Assembly (NCBI GenBank): GCA_016873755.1
Contig: VGWB01000003.1
Location: 1 to 46,023 of the forward strand
Source of the DNA: Ignavibacteria bacterium
Lineage (GTDB): Bacteria > Bacteroidota > Ignavibacteria > UBA10030
Length of the DNA stretch: 46,023 nt
Direction of reading: 5' to 3'
The translations under genes were made by a program, and so were the position numbers. The notes below the pieces were generated by a model. The model had not been told where the DNA came from. It ran no database searches and saw nothing but the letters and a program-made list of their open reading frames with translations. Below are positions 18,020 through 28,461 of this stretch, piece by piece. How positions within the stretch are numbered: position 1 is the first letter of the stretch; each line of letters starts with the position of its first letter.

Positions 18020-18969
18020 GATAACACAACAAAATCTATATAAAGATACACAATGGGCGCCACAAAAACCAGACTATCGAAGCGATCGAGGACGCCGCCG
18101 TGCCCGGGTATGATCGAAGAGGAGTCCTTTACTCCGGCATCGCGCTTGAATCGCGACTCTACCAAGTCACCCAACTGACCGAAGATCCCGACGACAGCGC
18201 CGAGGACCAGAGCGTTCGTCAGAGAGAGATAGTCCAGCACGAGTGCACGCGCCGCGATCATGGTGAGGATCGCAAAGACGAAGCCTGCGATAGCACCCTC
18301 CCACGATTTCTTCGGACTCACGCGCTCGAAAAGCCGGTGCCGCCCGATGGAGAGACCGACGAAGTAGGCAGCGGTATCGCAAACCCAAATGGTAGCGAGG
18401 ATCGAAACGACCGTGTACCCACCCCATCGGGTAATGGCGTGGAGTTGACCTTGGTCGGCGAAACTCGTGGGAAAGAATTTGTGGACTGGAAAACCGTAGG
18501 GAAAGAGCTCGCGCGTCGAGATCAGTGTGCCGTAGAAAAGCGAAATGAAGACCACACCGAGAACCGTTGTCCCGAGGTTCAGTGTGGGAGATCCCTTCTG
18601 GCGAAACAGTTCGATTAAGAGCGCAATAAGGATGAAGAGGAGCAAGACCACGAGCAGGAACTGCAATTGGGAGAACATCGAGAGCTGTATCCCCCTGCCC
18701 TCAAAATAGCTGAATATGTCCACCTGAAGGCGTTCATAGACGAACGCTCCGTTCACCACGAAGCCGGCGAGGATGCCGGCGGTTTTCAGCGGGAAGGCAC
18801 CTTTCTTCTCCGCGAGCTTGTAGAACTCGTGGAGGGATAGACCCGAGAGGAGCGCGACAAAAGCGAAGAAGAGATATCCTCCCTCCATCGTGATCCAGAT
18901 GATGGAAGGTATAGCCACAGCAGCCACGGCAATTCGGGTCGGCAGACCTCCGAAACGCGATGTTGTCAA
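18016..18969 (-). CDS. cdsA: Phosphatidate cytidylyltransferase
   Basis: DTAAYFVG, SPKKSWEG, GDLVESRFKRDAGVKDS..IPGHGGVLDRFDS. Confidence 0.93.
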   Translation of the reverse strand: MTTSRFGGLPTRIAVAAVAIPSIIWITMEGGYLFFAFVALLSGLSLHEFYKLAEKKGAFPLKTAGILAGFVVNGAFVYERLQVDIFSYFEGRGIQLSMFSQLQFLLVVLLLFILIALLIELFRQKGSPTLNLGTTVLGVVFISLFYGTLISTRELFPYGFPVHKFFPTSFADQGQLHAITRWGGYTVVSILATIWVCDTAAYFVGLSIGRHRLFERVSPKKSWEGAIAGFVFAILTMIAARALVLDYLSLTNALVLGAVVGIFGQLGDLVESRFKRDAGVKDSSSIIPGHGGVLDRFDSLVFVAPIVYLYIDFVVLS

Positions 18970-19056
18970 GCTTTTTTTCCTCGCTCAATGAGATGATGGC
19001 TGTTCACATCGTTGCCTGGTTCGAGGCGGTTGGCTGGAACGGTATTCGCAGTCTGT

Positions 19057-19995
19057 TCACTCCTCACCTCCTGCCTGGACGCTGCTGGTAACGCGCAGGT
19101 ACGACGAAAATGATACGGTGAACAGAGCAAGAAACAGGAACAGCTGCGCAAGAATCATCGGCATGTTGATGTCGGATCCTTCCGTCGCTCCCAGCACCAT
19201 CTGATCATCCATCCGGAAGTATGCCACGACTACCGCGAGGACGTTGTTCAGGAAGTGGACGGTCATTGCCAGGACGATGCTCTTCGAACGCATTCGCAGG
19301 TAGCCGAAATACCATCCGAGGATCATCAGCGGTATGATGGCGAAGGGATTGAAGTGAAATGCGCCAAAGATGATCCCTGTGATCAAAGCTGCCCGAGCAG
19401 GAGTAATGACGCGTTCGAAACTGCTCTGGATCAGCCCGCGAAAGAGCAACTCTTCAATGACAGCCGGGGCAACAGCAACAACCAAAATTACAAAGAGGAG
19501 CTCAGGCACCGTCTGGGATGACACCAGCGTTTTGAACATCTCCTGAATCATCTCTTTGAGCGGCTCCACCAGCCTTTGGATGTCCTCCGGCAAAGGGATG
19601 CGATCCTGAAAGAAGAGGTAGATCTGGAAAACCTCTTGGAGGAAGATCAGGCCGAGGGAAGCGAATATGGTCTCGCCGACCCGGGGCATGCGCCATGGGA
19701 ATACCGCCGACGCCTTCCTGCTCAGCAGACGGGCGAAGAGGAGGGTGGGGAGAAGAATGAAAAGCGTCTGGCCGACGATGGTCAGTGTTCTGTGCTGCAT
19801 CACATTCTCAGGCGTGACCCTCGTGCCGATCAAGAAGAAAGTCAGCGTGCCGCCGACGACCTGGTAGAGAAGGAATATGAGGAAGAGACAGATCAGGGCA
19901 AACGCCGCCGGCGAGATGTTGTATCGCTGGAGGAAAGAAGGCTCTTGCTGCGGCAACGGCCTCCCATCCGGCGTGCGGTCGACGTGTTCGGTCAT
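19057..19995 (-). CDS. CPBP (type II CAAX) family intramembrane protease
   Basis: IEELLFRG, FGAFH, HFLNN motifs; polytopic membrane protein. Confidence 0.88.
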   Translation of the reverse strand: MTEHVDRTPDGRPLPQQEPSFLQRYNISPAAFALICLFLIFLLYQVVGGTLTFFLIGTRVTPENVMQHRTLTIVGQTLFILLPTLLFARLLSRKASAVFPWRMPRVGETIFASLGLIFLQEVFQIYLFFQDRIPLPEDIQRLVEPLKEMIQEMFKTLVSSQTVPELLFVILVVAVAPAVIEELLFRGLIQSSFERVITPARAALITGIIFGAFHFNPFAIIPLMILGWYFGYLRMRSKSIVLAMTVHFLNNVLAVVVAYFRMDDQMVLGATEGSDINMPMILAQLFLFLALFTVSFSSYLRVTSSVQAGGEE

Positions 19996-20958
19996 CTACG
20001 AGACCTTGGGCAATTGAGATTTGATCATCGCGGCCAGGAGGGGCACCATGATTTCGTGATGCCCTGTGAAGGAGTACCCGCGGCCGTGCCGCTGGGTGGG
20101 GCGCTCAACCACGTTCACACAAGGCCGGTACTGACGGATCATATCGAAGTCTGCCGTGCTGAAACCTCTCGCAGGGTAGCCCAGGTTCCGCGCAACGGTG
20201 AGTGCCTTGAGAAACACCTCCGGGAGAATCACTGCTGATCCGATGTTCAGCACGACGCCGCCATTCCTCAGATCTTTCACGGAGTTGGCAAGAATCTTGA
20301 AATCCCGAAACGTCATCTCGCCGGTCGCTGCGCCATCCATCGTCGGCTGCTGATGGACGGTGTCCGTCCCTATTGCAGCGTGCACGGTCACGGGAACGGC
20401 GTATGCATAGCATGTTGCCAGAACACTCAACGATCGATAGGGGCCCTTCAGCGCGTGGATCTTCTTGGCCAGCGCCTCACCGTACCCGTCCTTCGACTCG
20501 CCGAACGCCTCGACGAGCGCCTTGTTGATGAAATCTCCCGTTTCCTTCGACATCCCGAACTTCCCATCCAGGATGTTCGCGGCCACATCCTCCGACGTCT
20601 TTCCCCACATCGCTGTTTCGACGTCGTGGATGGCGGCCGCGCTGTTCATCGCGACGTGCGTCACGATCTTGCGCCTGACGAGATCGTTCATGACCGGTGA
20701 CAGGCCAACCTTGATAACGTGTCCCCCCATCATTACGATGACCGGCTTTCGCTGCTTTCGTGCACGAACGATGTCGCGGACGAGATCGCGGAGTTCCTGT
20801 GCTGCCAAGATTCGTGGAAGCGAGTCCAGGAACTGGCTCACGCGTGCTTTCCGTGGATCAACCAGCCGGGCGAAATCATCTGGCGTCACTTTGCTGGCCC
20901 GACTGCGGATGGATATCGTCTTGACGCCGACCAGGGGAAGTTGCTTGTAGCGAGACAT
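19996..20958 (-). CDS. Conserved hypothetical protein, possibly deoxyhypusine-synthase-like fold
   Basis: GGHVIKVGLSP, AAIHDVE, PVTVHAAIGTD, GSAVILPEVFLKAL, GHHEIMVPLL; family recalled from motifs, not verified; ATG 20958 follows the upstream stop at 20966. Confidence 0.55.
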   Translation of the reverse strand: MSRYKQLPLVGVKTISIRSRASKVTPDDFARLVDPRKARVSQFLDSLPRILAAQELRDLVRDIVRARKQRKPVIVMMGGHVIKVGLSPVMNDLVRRKIVTHVAMNSAAAIHDVETAMWGKTSEDVAANILDGKFGMSKETGDFINKALVEAFGESKDGYGEALAKKIHALKGPYRSLSVLATCYAYAVPVTVHAAIGTDTVHQQPTMDGAATGEMTFRDFKILANSVKDLRNGGVVLNIGSAVILPEVFLKALTVARNLGYPARGFSTADFDMIRQYRPCVNVVERPTQRHGRGYSFTGHHEIMVPLLAAMIKSQLPKVS

Positions 20959-20965
20959 GATCAGC

Positions 20966-21802
20966 CTATTTGACTTTTGCGTTGATGTGTCCAAAAACTC
21001 CGGAATACTCCCGCAGTTCCGCATCTATGGAGCCGATGATGACCTTCGTGCTCACCTTGACCGGGATCTTGCGCTCGTCATCGGTAAGCCAGATCAAGAC
21101 TCGCCCCTCGCTCTTGAACAATCCTCCCTCCTTGATCAACGGCTCAACGATGATGCAGTCGAAGGTCCCCGCGTCAACCTCGACCCGCTGGCGTCCGAGA
21201 AACTTGACGGCAAGCGTGTAGGTCGTGTCTTTGTAGAAATTCTGGAGCATGATCTTCTCCCCGGGACGCGAGGAAGTGTAGTCGAGAGTCCGGACGTAAT
21301 AAAACGCAGAGACGACGTCGTGGACATATGGGGGTATGGGATACTGTTTCCCCTCAGCATAGGCGATGTTATTCACCTGGTCGAAAACAGCGCTGAAGTC
21401 GCGTTTGTACCTCCCTTCCCTCACCTTCTGTACAAACTTCCAGGGGAAGACTCCGCTGACATCTAAGTAGGTCTCGTACCGGTCTTCAACCCTGTAAATC
21501 CAGGAAAACGTCGGCGTTGAGTTGACCGTGAACACCACCTCGTAGCACGGTCGCCCGAACAAGGTGTCTGTCCTCGGAATACTCATGACGGCCTCCCCAG
21601 CAACAAAGAAGCCGTATCCTACGTCGAAGACGAGCCGCTCGCCCACTGCAAACGCCGATTGGGGCTTGAAGCGCAAGTAGACATCCGTTTGGTACGAGGA
21701 ATTCCTCGCTTGCAGCGCCTTCGTCGCGAGAGAATCCTGCGCCGAAAGGAGAGCGCCACCGATCGTGACTTCAGCTAGCCAAAAAGCGAGAACGCGTCTC
21801 AT
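20966..21802 (-). CDS. DUF3108-like exported protein
   Basis: Signal-like N-terminus, GERLVFDVGYG, FGxE-type beta region, IWLTDDERKIPVK. Confidence 0.7.
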   Translation of the reverse strand: MRRVLAFWLAEVTIGGALLSAQDSLATKALQARNSSYQTDVYLRFKPQSAFAVGERLVFDVGYGFFVAGEAVMSIPRTDTLFGRPCYEVVFTVNSTPTFSWIYRVEDRYETYLDVSGVFPWKFVQKVREGRYKRDFSAVFDQVNNIAYAEGKQYPIPPYVHDVVSAFYYVRTLDYTSSRPGEKIMLQNFYKDTTYTLAVKFLGRQRVEVDAGTFDCIIVEPLIKEGGLFKSEGRVLIWLTDDERKIPVKVSTKVIIGSIDAELREYSGVFGHINAKVK

Positions 21803-21806
21803 AGCT

Positions 21807-22865
21807 TCAGATTTGCCCGATGCTCTTTCTTTGCGATTCGACCAGACTACCCGCGGCACGTCGCACTTCCTCAACCGTTATCTGATCCATACAGTCGTTT
21901 CCCTGGCAAGGTCCTCCTTTACAACGAGGACATGCCGCACTATCGGCGGTAAAGACCACTCTCTTGGTCGTTAGCGGCCCCCAGCGTCGGGGACCGCATT
22001 CGCGTATCGGCGGATAGAAACCGATCACCGGAGTCCCGACGGCGGCGGCGATGTGCAAAGGCCCTGTTGAGTTCGAAACGAAGAGATCAGCCGAGCGAAG
22101 GAATCCGGCGAGCGCCTTCAACGAGAGTTTACCGACAAGCGGAATCGCCTTCCTCCCTGAAAGCTCGACGACCAGGTGAACAAGAGATTCCTCGTTCGCG
22201 GCGCCCGTCACCACAACGCGGAAACCGTCATCCGTGAGCGCTGTGGCCAGTTTTCCGAAGTTCTGCGGGCTCCAATCCCTGGCCGAGCCACCACTCCCCG
22301 GATGCAGGACCGCTACCGGGCCGCCAACATCCAGGCCGAGCCCGCTCCATACGACCCGGGCGGATTCTTCGTCCTTCAAACTAATTGGCAGCACCGGGCA
22401 AGGGACACTCGATGAGTTGCAGCCAACCGCTTTGAGCAACGATAGGTTGTACTCTGCCTCGTGCTTCTCCGCCGTCTTTCGATGCTCGAAAACCCTCGTA
22501 TTGAAAAGGAACGAATACCAGCGGTATCCCGTTCCGACCCGAACCGGGATGCCGGCAAGAAACAACAAAACTGCGACCCGGAGTGTGGGGTGGGCCACAA
22601 CGGCCAGATCGAATTTGAGGGATCGGAGTTCAGAAAGGAATGAGAAAAAAGGCTTCGGCTCACCATTTTGATCAGAGACGATCGTCTCGTCCAAGCCGAT
22701 GAATCCCCCGGCAAGCTCCCGTGTGTAGCTTCGAAGGAGCATCGTGATTCTTGCAGCCGGAAACGTCGATCGCAGGATGGTCACCATCGGAAGTGAAAGA
22801 ACCACGTCACCGATCCTGTCGGTACGTACCACGAGCACGTTGTGGAATCGATCTTCTTTCACCAC
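21807..22865 (-). CDS. Glycosyltransferase family 9 (LPS heptosyltransferase-like)
   Basis: RTDRIGDVVL, HPGSG, FVSNSTGPLHIAAAVGTP. Confidence 0.9.
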   Translation of the reverse strand: MVKEDRFHNVLVVRTDRIGDVVLSLPMVTILRSTFPAARITMLLRSYTRELAGGFIGLDETIVSDQNGEPKPFFSFLSELRSLKFDLAVVAHPTLRVAVLLFLAGIPVRVGTGYRWYSFLFNTRVFEHRKTAEKHEAEYNLSLLKAVGCNSSSVPCPVLPISLKDEESARVVWSGLGLDVGGPVAVLHPGSGGSARDWSPQNFGKLATALTDDGFRVVVTGAANEESLVHLVVELSGRKAIPLVGKLSLKALAGFLRSADLFVSNSTGPLHIAAAVGTPVIGFYPPIRECGPRRWGPLTTKRVVFTADSAACPRCKGGPCQGNDCMDQITVEEVRRAAGSLVESQRKSIGQI

Positions 22866-22977
22866 GGTGAGCGCGTTAGCCGACAGTCAATATACGGCAA
22901 GGTGTGGTGAGGCGCAAGAAACGTGGCGGTCGATCGGTAGGAAGAGCATGGGAACTCTCTGTTTCTTGAACGAAGGT

Positions 22978-24144
22978 TCACGATATGAAGACCTTCGCCA
23001 CTTCCAACAAGAGCGACGGTCGATTCCAGAGAGCTGTGCGGAAAATGCCTCCGACGGTTCTTTTCTCTTCAGGGAGCTTGCGCGCTTCGTCACAGAGCTT
23101 GTTCAGTGTCTCGTCGCTGAATTCGTAGATCGCCTCTTTGATGCAGTAGAACACCTCGTGACGCCAACCGAGTCGCTTGTGCCAACGCGCTTCGTATTCT
23201 CTGAGAAATGTCAGATCGTTCCGCCGGATCGCCTCGGCGGCCACTTGCCCTGCCAGCATTCCCCCGATCATCCCGCTGATGATGCCGCCTCCTGACACCG
23301 GATTGACTTGATGAGCCGCATCGCCAACCAGGATGACGTTGTTCTTCACGATCTCATCGCATGTCGTGGCACATGGGACACCGCCTGCAATCCTTGTGAG
23401 GACAGCAGCGTTTGGATATCGTTTTTCGATGAAATCTTCCAGGTATCGCACCGGAGCTCGCTCTTTCGCGGTCTCCACGCTGATACCAATACCGACATTG
23501 GCGGTGTTTCTTCCTTTGGGAAACACCCACAAATATCCGCCGGGGGCAACCTTCTCGCCGAAGTAGAAGTCGAGGATACCATCCTCCACGCTCACACCGG
23601 ACAACGTCACCTGTGCGCAGCTCTCCATGTCGTGGATGTGGCACGTGGTGTCGATCCCTGCCCATTTCCCAACCCGGCTCTCCACGCCGTCCGCCCCCAC
23701 AACAACCTTGGAGCGGATCTCCACCTTCTGGTCCTTTATGAGAGCACGCACACCCTCGATCTTCCCGTTCACCTTGAGGAGATCATACACATAGGCCTTC
23801 GTCACAAGTTCTGCACCTTCCTGCACAGCCAGCTTTGCCAGCTCATAGTCGAAGATGCGTCTCTCGAGGATGTACCCGATTCCGTCGAGTCGCGGTACAA
23901 TTGAATTCCCATTGGGCACAACGATTCGGAACTTGCTGACGGTAGCGGCGATCCACTTCGGGTCGGGTTCGATAAACTGAGCCACACCTTCGTGACTGAC
24001 CGCTTCCGCGCACCGAACCGGGTATCCGACATCGCGATCTTTTTCCAGAACCATCACTGACGCACCATCCGCTGCCGCATACCTCGCCGCCGTGGAGCCA
24101 GCCGGCCCTGCGCCTACCACAATGACGTCGTACAAGTCTTTCAT
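22978..24144 (-). CDS. Geranylgeranyl reductase family FAD protein (DGGGPL-reductase-like)
   Basis: YDVIVVGAGPAGS, PVRCAEA, APGGYLWVFPKG (PxxYxWxFP), GDAAHQVNPVSGGGI. Confidence 0.85.
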   Translation of the reverse strand: MKDLYDVIVVGAGPAGSTAARYAAADGASVMVLEKDRDVGYPVRCAEAVSHEGVAQFIEPDPKWIAATVSKFRIVVPNGNSIVPRLDGIGYILERRIFDYELAKLAVQEGAELVTKAYVYDLLKVNGKIEGVRALIKDQKVEIRSKVVVGADGVESRVGKWAGIDTTCHIHDMESCAQVTLSGVSVEDGILDFYFGEKVAPGGYLWVFPKGRNTANVGIGISVETAKERAPVRYLEDFIEKRYPNAAVLTRIAGGVPCATTCDEIVKNNVILVGDAAHQVNPVSGGGIISGMIGGMLAGQVAAEAIRRNDLTFLREYEARWHKRLGWRHEVFYCIKEAIYEFSDETLNKLCDEARKLPEEKRTVGGIFRTALWNRPSLLLEVAKVFIS

Positions 24145-24152
24145 ATCCCAAA

Positions 24153-24386
24153 TCAGAATGACGGTGGATGATCCTGTGGAAGCGACAGGACTCTGGGGAG
24201 ATGTTCGATGCCTTCACGATGAAACTCGATGACCTCCCACGGGCAGGCCCAGACGCACTTCCGGCAATTGGTGCATCGCTCGTCGATGATGCGGATTTCC
24301 GCCTCCAGCAGCTCGATGGCATCCTCGGGGCAAACGCCGACACAGCACCCGCAAAAATCGCATTTTCCCGGGACGATGTAGATCAT
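24153..24386 (-). CDS. 2x[4Fe-4S] ferredoxin
   Basis: CDFCGCCVGVCP and CTNCRKCVWACP; start at ATG 24386, or 24452. Confidence 0.9.
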   Translation of the reverse strand: MIYIVPGKCDFCGCCVGVCPEDAIELLEAEIRIIDERCTNCRKCVWACPWEVIEFHREGIEHLPRVLSLPQDHPPSF

Positions 24387-24457
24387 CAATGGCGTGGTAC
24401 GTTTCACAGGACGACTCGGGTTTCCCTCTTCCTTATCGTTTTGAAAAGTCATTTGAC

Positions 24458-24547
24458 GTCATTCCGGCGAAAGCCGGAATCCAGAACACAGTGGAGTCCC
24501 AAGTCCTTGAAAGATTTTGGCTGCCGACGTGCAGGACCGGCATAATG
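24458..24547. repeat. REP-like palindromic element with one intact and one decayed arm
   Basis: GTCATTCCGGCGAAAGCCGGAATCCAG at 24458-24484; degenerate partner TTGGCTGCCG..CCGGCATAATG near 24517-24547. Confidence 0.7.
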
Positions 24548-24596
24548 CCTTTTTCGCCTTCTCCGATCCGTCACGAATCTGATCCGTATGCGTGAT

Positions 24597-26459
24597 TCAC
24601 GCGGGCTCATCGGCCCGGTCCGCCTGAAGCTGATGAATGCGTGACACCAAGTCTTGGATCTCAAGATTCAATTGCAGTGCTTCCGGGGTACCGGACCTTA
24701 CATCTTTTTGCATACGATGTTTTCGCTCGAACTCTCTCTTCAGACTGGCAAGCTGTATTGCTTTGAGTGCACTCTCCGCGATCTCTCTTGGGTTAGCCGG
24801 GGAGAGCTCCTTCTCCTGCTGCATTCTGGATCCGAGCACGTGGCGCTCGAGAATGGCTTCGGTCAAGATCTCTCTGAGCTCAGCATCTTGAATCTGCAAG
24901 AGCAGGTCGTTGACGTCCACTGATCCGGTTTCTTCGAATCTTCTCTGTCCAATCTCAATGAGTTTCCTAACCCGCCCGTCAGCTAAGTCATTCGCGTGAA
25001 CGTTCGAAAGAATGAAGCTGATCAAATCTCTCTGGTTCTCCAGTAACGACATCAGTATCTCCCTCTCGGGTTGAGGTATTTCAACGCGACCTGCCGGCAC
25101 AGTGTCGCCTTTCTGTTCGGGCATGTGCTGGATCAATGGCGCATCCGCTCGCACCCTGCTCGTCCCAGTCCCCACCCATTTCTCCAATTCTCCGTAAAGC
25201 TCAGACTCGTAGATATCGTATTTGTTTGAAAGTTCCTTGATGTAGAATGTCCTTTTTAGCCCATCCTTCATCTTCGCGATCGACTGTACGATGGACCGAA
25301 CCGCCTGTGCCTTACCCTCGGGAGTCGAGAATGCGCCGGAGCGCCGAAATTGTCTGGCCTTGAACTCCATGAACGAGATCGCTTGCTCAGAGAGCTTCAA
25401 GAACTCCTTTCCGCCGAACTTGCGAACAAACGAGTCCGGGTCTTCGCCTTCGGGAAGCTCGACGATAGCCACATCGAGATCCTGCGCCAGCGCGACATCG
25501 AGGCCGCGCAGCGTGGCGTTTGAGCCCGCAGAATCGGCGTCATAGACCAGCGTCAGCTTCTTGCAGTACCGGCTGATGAGCTGAACATGTTCTTCCGTCA
25601 ACGCTGTCCCGCTTGACGCAACCACGTTTCGTATCCCCGCCTGATATAACGAAATCAGGTCCGCATAGCCTTCGACCATGAGAGCGGTTTCTTCGGAACG
25701 AATGGCATCTTTAGCGTGAAACAGCCCGAAGAGGATCCGGCTCTTGTTGTAAATGAGAGTCTCCGGCGAGTTGATGTACTTGCCGAGCGGGTCATCCTCC
25801 CTCAGCTTCCGCGCACCGAAGCCTACGACACGCCCCGAAGCTGAGAAGATTGGAAACATTGCCCGGCCCCGGAAGTAGTCATAGTCCGATCCGTCCTCCC
25901 GCGTCCGGATCAACCCCGCCTTGAACAGGTCCTCGCGGGCAATGCCTTCTTCCCTGGCCCGCCCCAGCAGCCCGTCCCAGGCATTCAACGAGTACCCCAG
26001 CCCGAAGGTCCGGATCGTCTCGTCCGAAAACCCGCGATCGTGGAAGTACTCGAGAGCGCCCCTCCCCTCGTCTGTTTTGGCAAGGTTGTTATAAAAGAAA
26101 AGGCCGGCGAATCGGCAGGCGCTGTAGAGGCTCTCGATCTCGCTCTGCTGTTGTTGGTCAGCATCGGTGTAGGAGATCGTGATACCCGCCCGTTCGGCAA
26201 GCGATCGTACTGCTTCGGTGAAGGAGACCTTCTCAAATTCCATCACAAAGGTAAAGACGTTCCCACCTTTGGCACAGCCGAAGCAGTGATACACCTGTTT
26301 TTCAGGGCTCACCGTGAATGATGGGGTCTTTTCCTGGTGGAAGGGGCACAGACCGACGAAATTCTTCCCCCTTTTCTTCAGCCGCACGTGCTGCGCAATG
26401 ACGTCAATGATGTCGTTGGAGGAGCGAATTTCTTCAATCTTTTCGGGCGGGATTCGCAT
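24597..26459 (-). CDS. dnaG: DNA primase
   Basis: Zinc finger CPFHQEKTPSF..CFGC, KYINSPET, TOPRIM VEGYAD and YDADSAG. Confidence 0.97.
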   Translation of the reverse strand: MRIPPEKIEEIRSSNDIIDVIAQHVRLKKRGKNFVGLCPFHQEKTPSFTVSPEKQVYHCFGCAKGGNVFTFVMEFEKVSFTEAVRSLAERAGITISYTDADQQQQSEIESLYSACRFAGLFFYNNLAKTDEGRGALEYFHDRGFSDETIRTFGLGYSLNAWDGLLGRAREEGIAREDLFKAGLIRTREDGSDYDYFRGRAMFPIFSASGRVVGFGARKLREDDPLGKYINSPETLIYNKSRILFGLFHAKDAIRSEETALMVEGYADLISLYQAGIRNVVASSGTALTEEHVQLISRYCKKLTLVYDADSAGSNATLRGLDVALAQDLDVAIVELPEGEDPDSFVRKFGGKEFLKLSEQAISFMEFKARQFRRSGAFSTPEGKAQAVRSIVQSIAKMKDGLKRTFYIKELSNKYDIYESELYGELEKWVGTGTSRVRADAPLIQHMPEQKGDTVPAGRVEIPQPEREILMSLLENQRDLISFILSNVHANDLADGRVRKLIEIGQRRFEETGSVDVNDLLLQIQDAELREILTEAILERHVLGSRMQQEKELSPANPREIAESALKAIQLASLKREFERKHRMQKDVRSGTPEALQLNLEIQDLVSRIHQLQADRADEPA

Positions 26460-26468
26460 ATCGGGCTC

Positions 26469-26497
26469 AATGTAGAGAAATATGGAGGGACAAGCAA
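26469..26497 (-). promoter_or_regulatory. Putative dnaG promoter (near-leaderless)
   Basis: Minus strand TTGCTT-N17-TACATT ending 9 nt before the ATG. Confidence 0.45.
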
Positions 26498-26538
26498 CAA
26501 CACCAGGGGAGGTCAGACATTCTTATCTGACCAGAAAG

Positions 26539-26697
26539 GACCAAAAGTCATTCTGAACGGAGCCCTGCCTGCTGGCAGGCAGGGAAGCGGAGTTGAGCCA
26601 TAGGCTCATGAGCCTCCGGCTCAGAAGAATCTGGTTTTTTGAATCAGATTCTTCGTCCCGCTTGGGAAGCAGTGGGACTCAGAATGACTTTTTGGTC
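26539..26697. repeat. Composite REP/MITE-like element with two nested hairpin insertions
   Basis: Outer inverted repeats GACCAAAAGTCATTCTGA / TCAGAATGACTTTTTGGTC, inner GAAGAATCTG / CAGATTCTTC; inserts at 26564-26583 and 26594-26623. Confidence 0.85.
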
Positions 26698-26723
26698 AGT
26701 CTCACATCAGTGCCCACCAATTG

Positions 26724-26757
26724 AAAACCCTCCTGGTCAATGAGAACAGGAGGGTTT
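26724..26757 (-). terminator. Probable intrinsic terminator of groESL
   Basis: 11-bp stem AAACCCTCCTG / CAGGAGGGTTT about 45 nt after the groEL stop; short U tract on the minus strand. Confidence 0.6.
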
Positions 26758-26800
26758 CGAATTGCAGTCGCTCTCCGTAAGTAAGAAGAGATAGCAGCGA

Positions 26801-28441
<1,641 letters not shown>

Positions 28442-28461
28442 TTATCTCCTTTCGTCAAATG

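Noticed and set aside
24449-24664. ORFs containing VIPAKAGIQ / LDSGFRRND
   Set aside because: These are translations of the REP-like palindrome, not real genes
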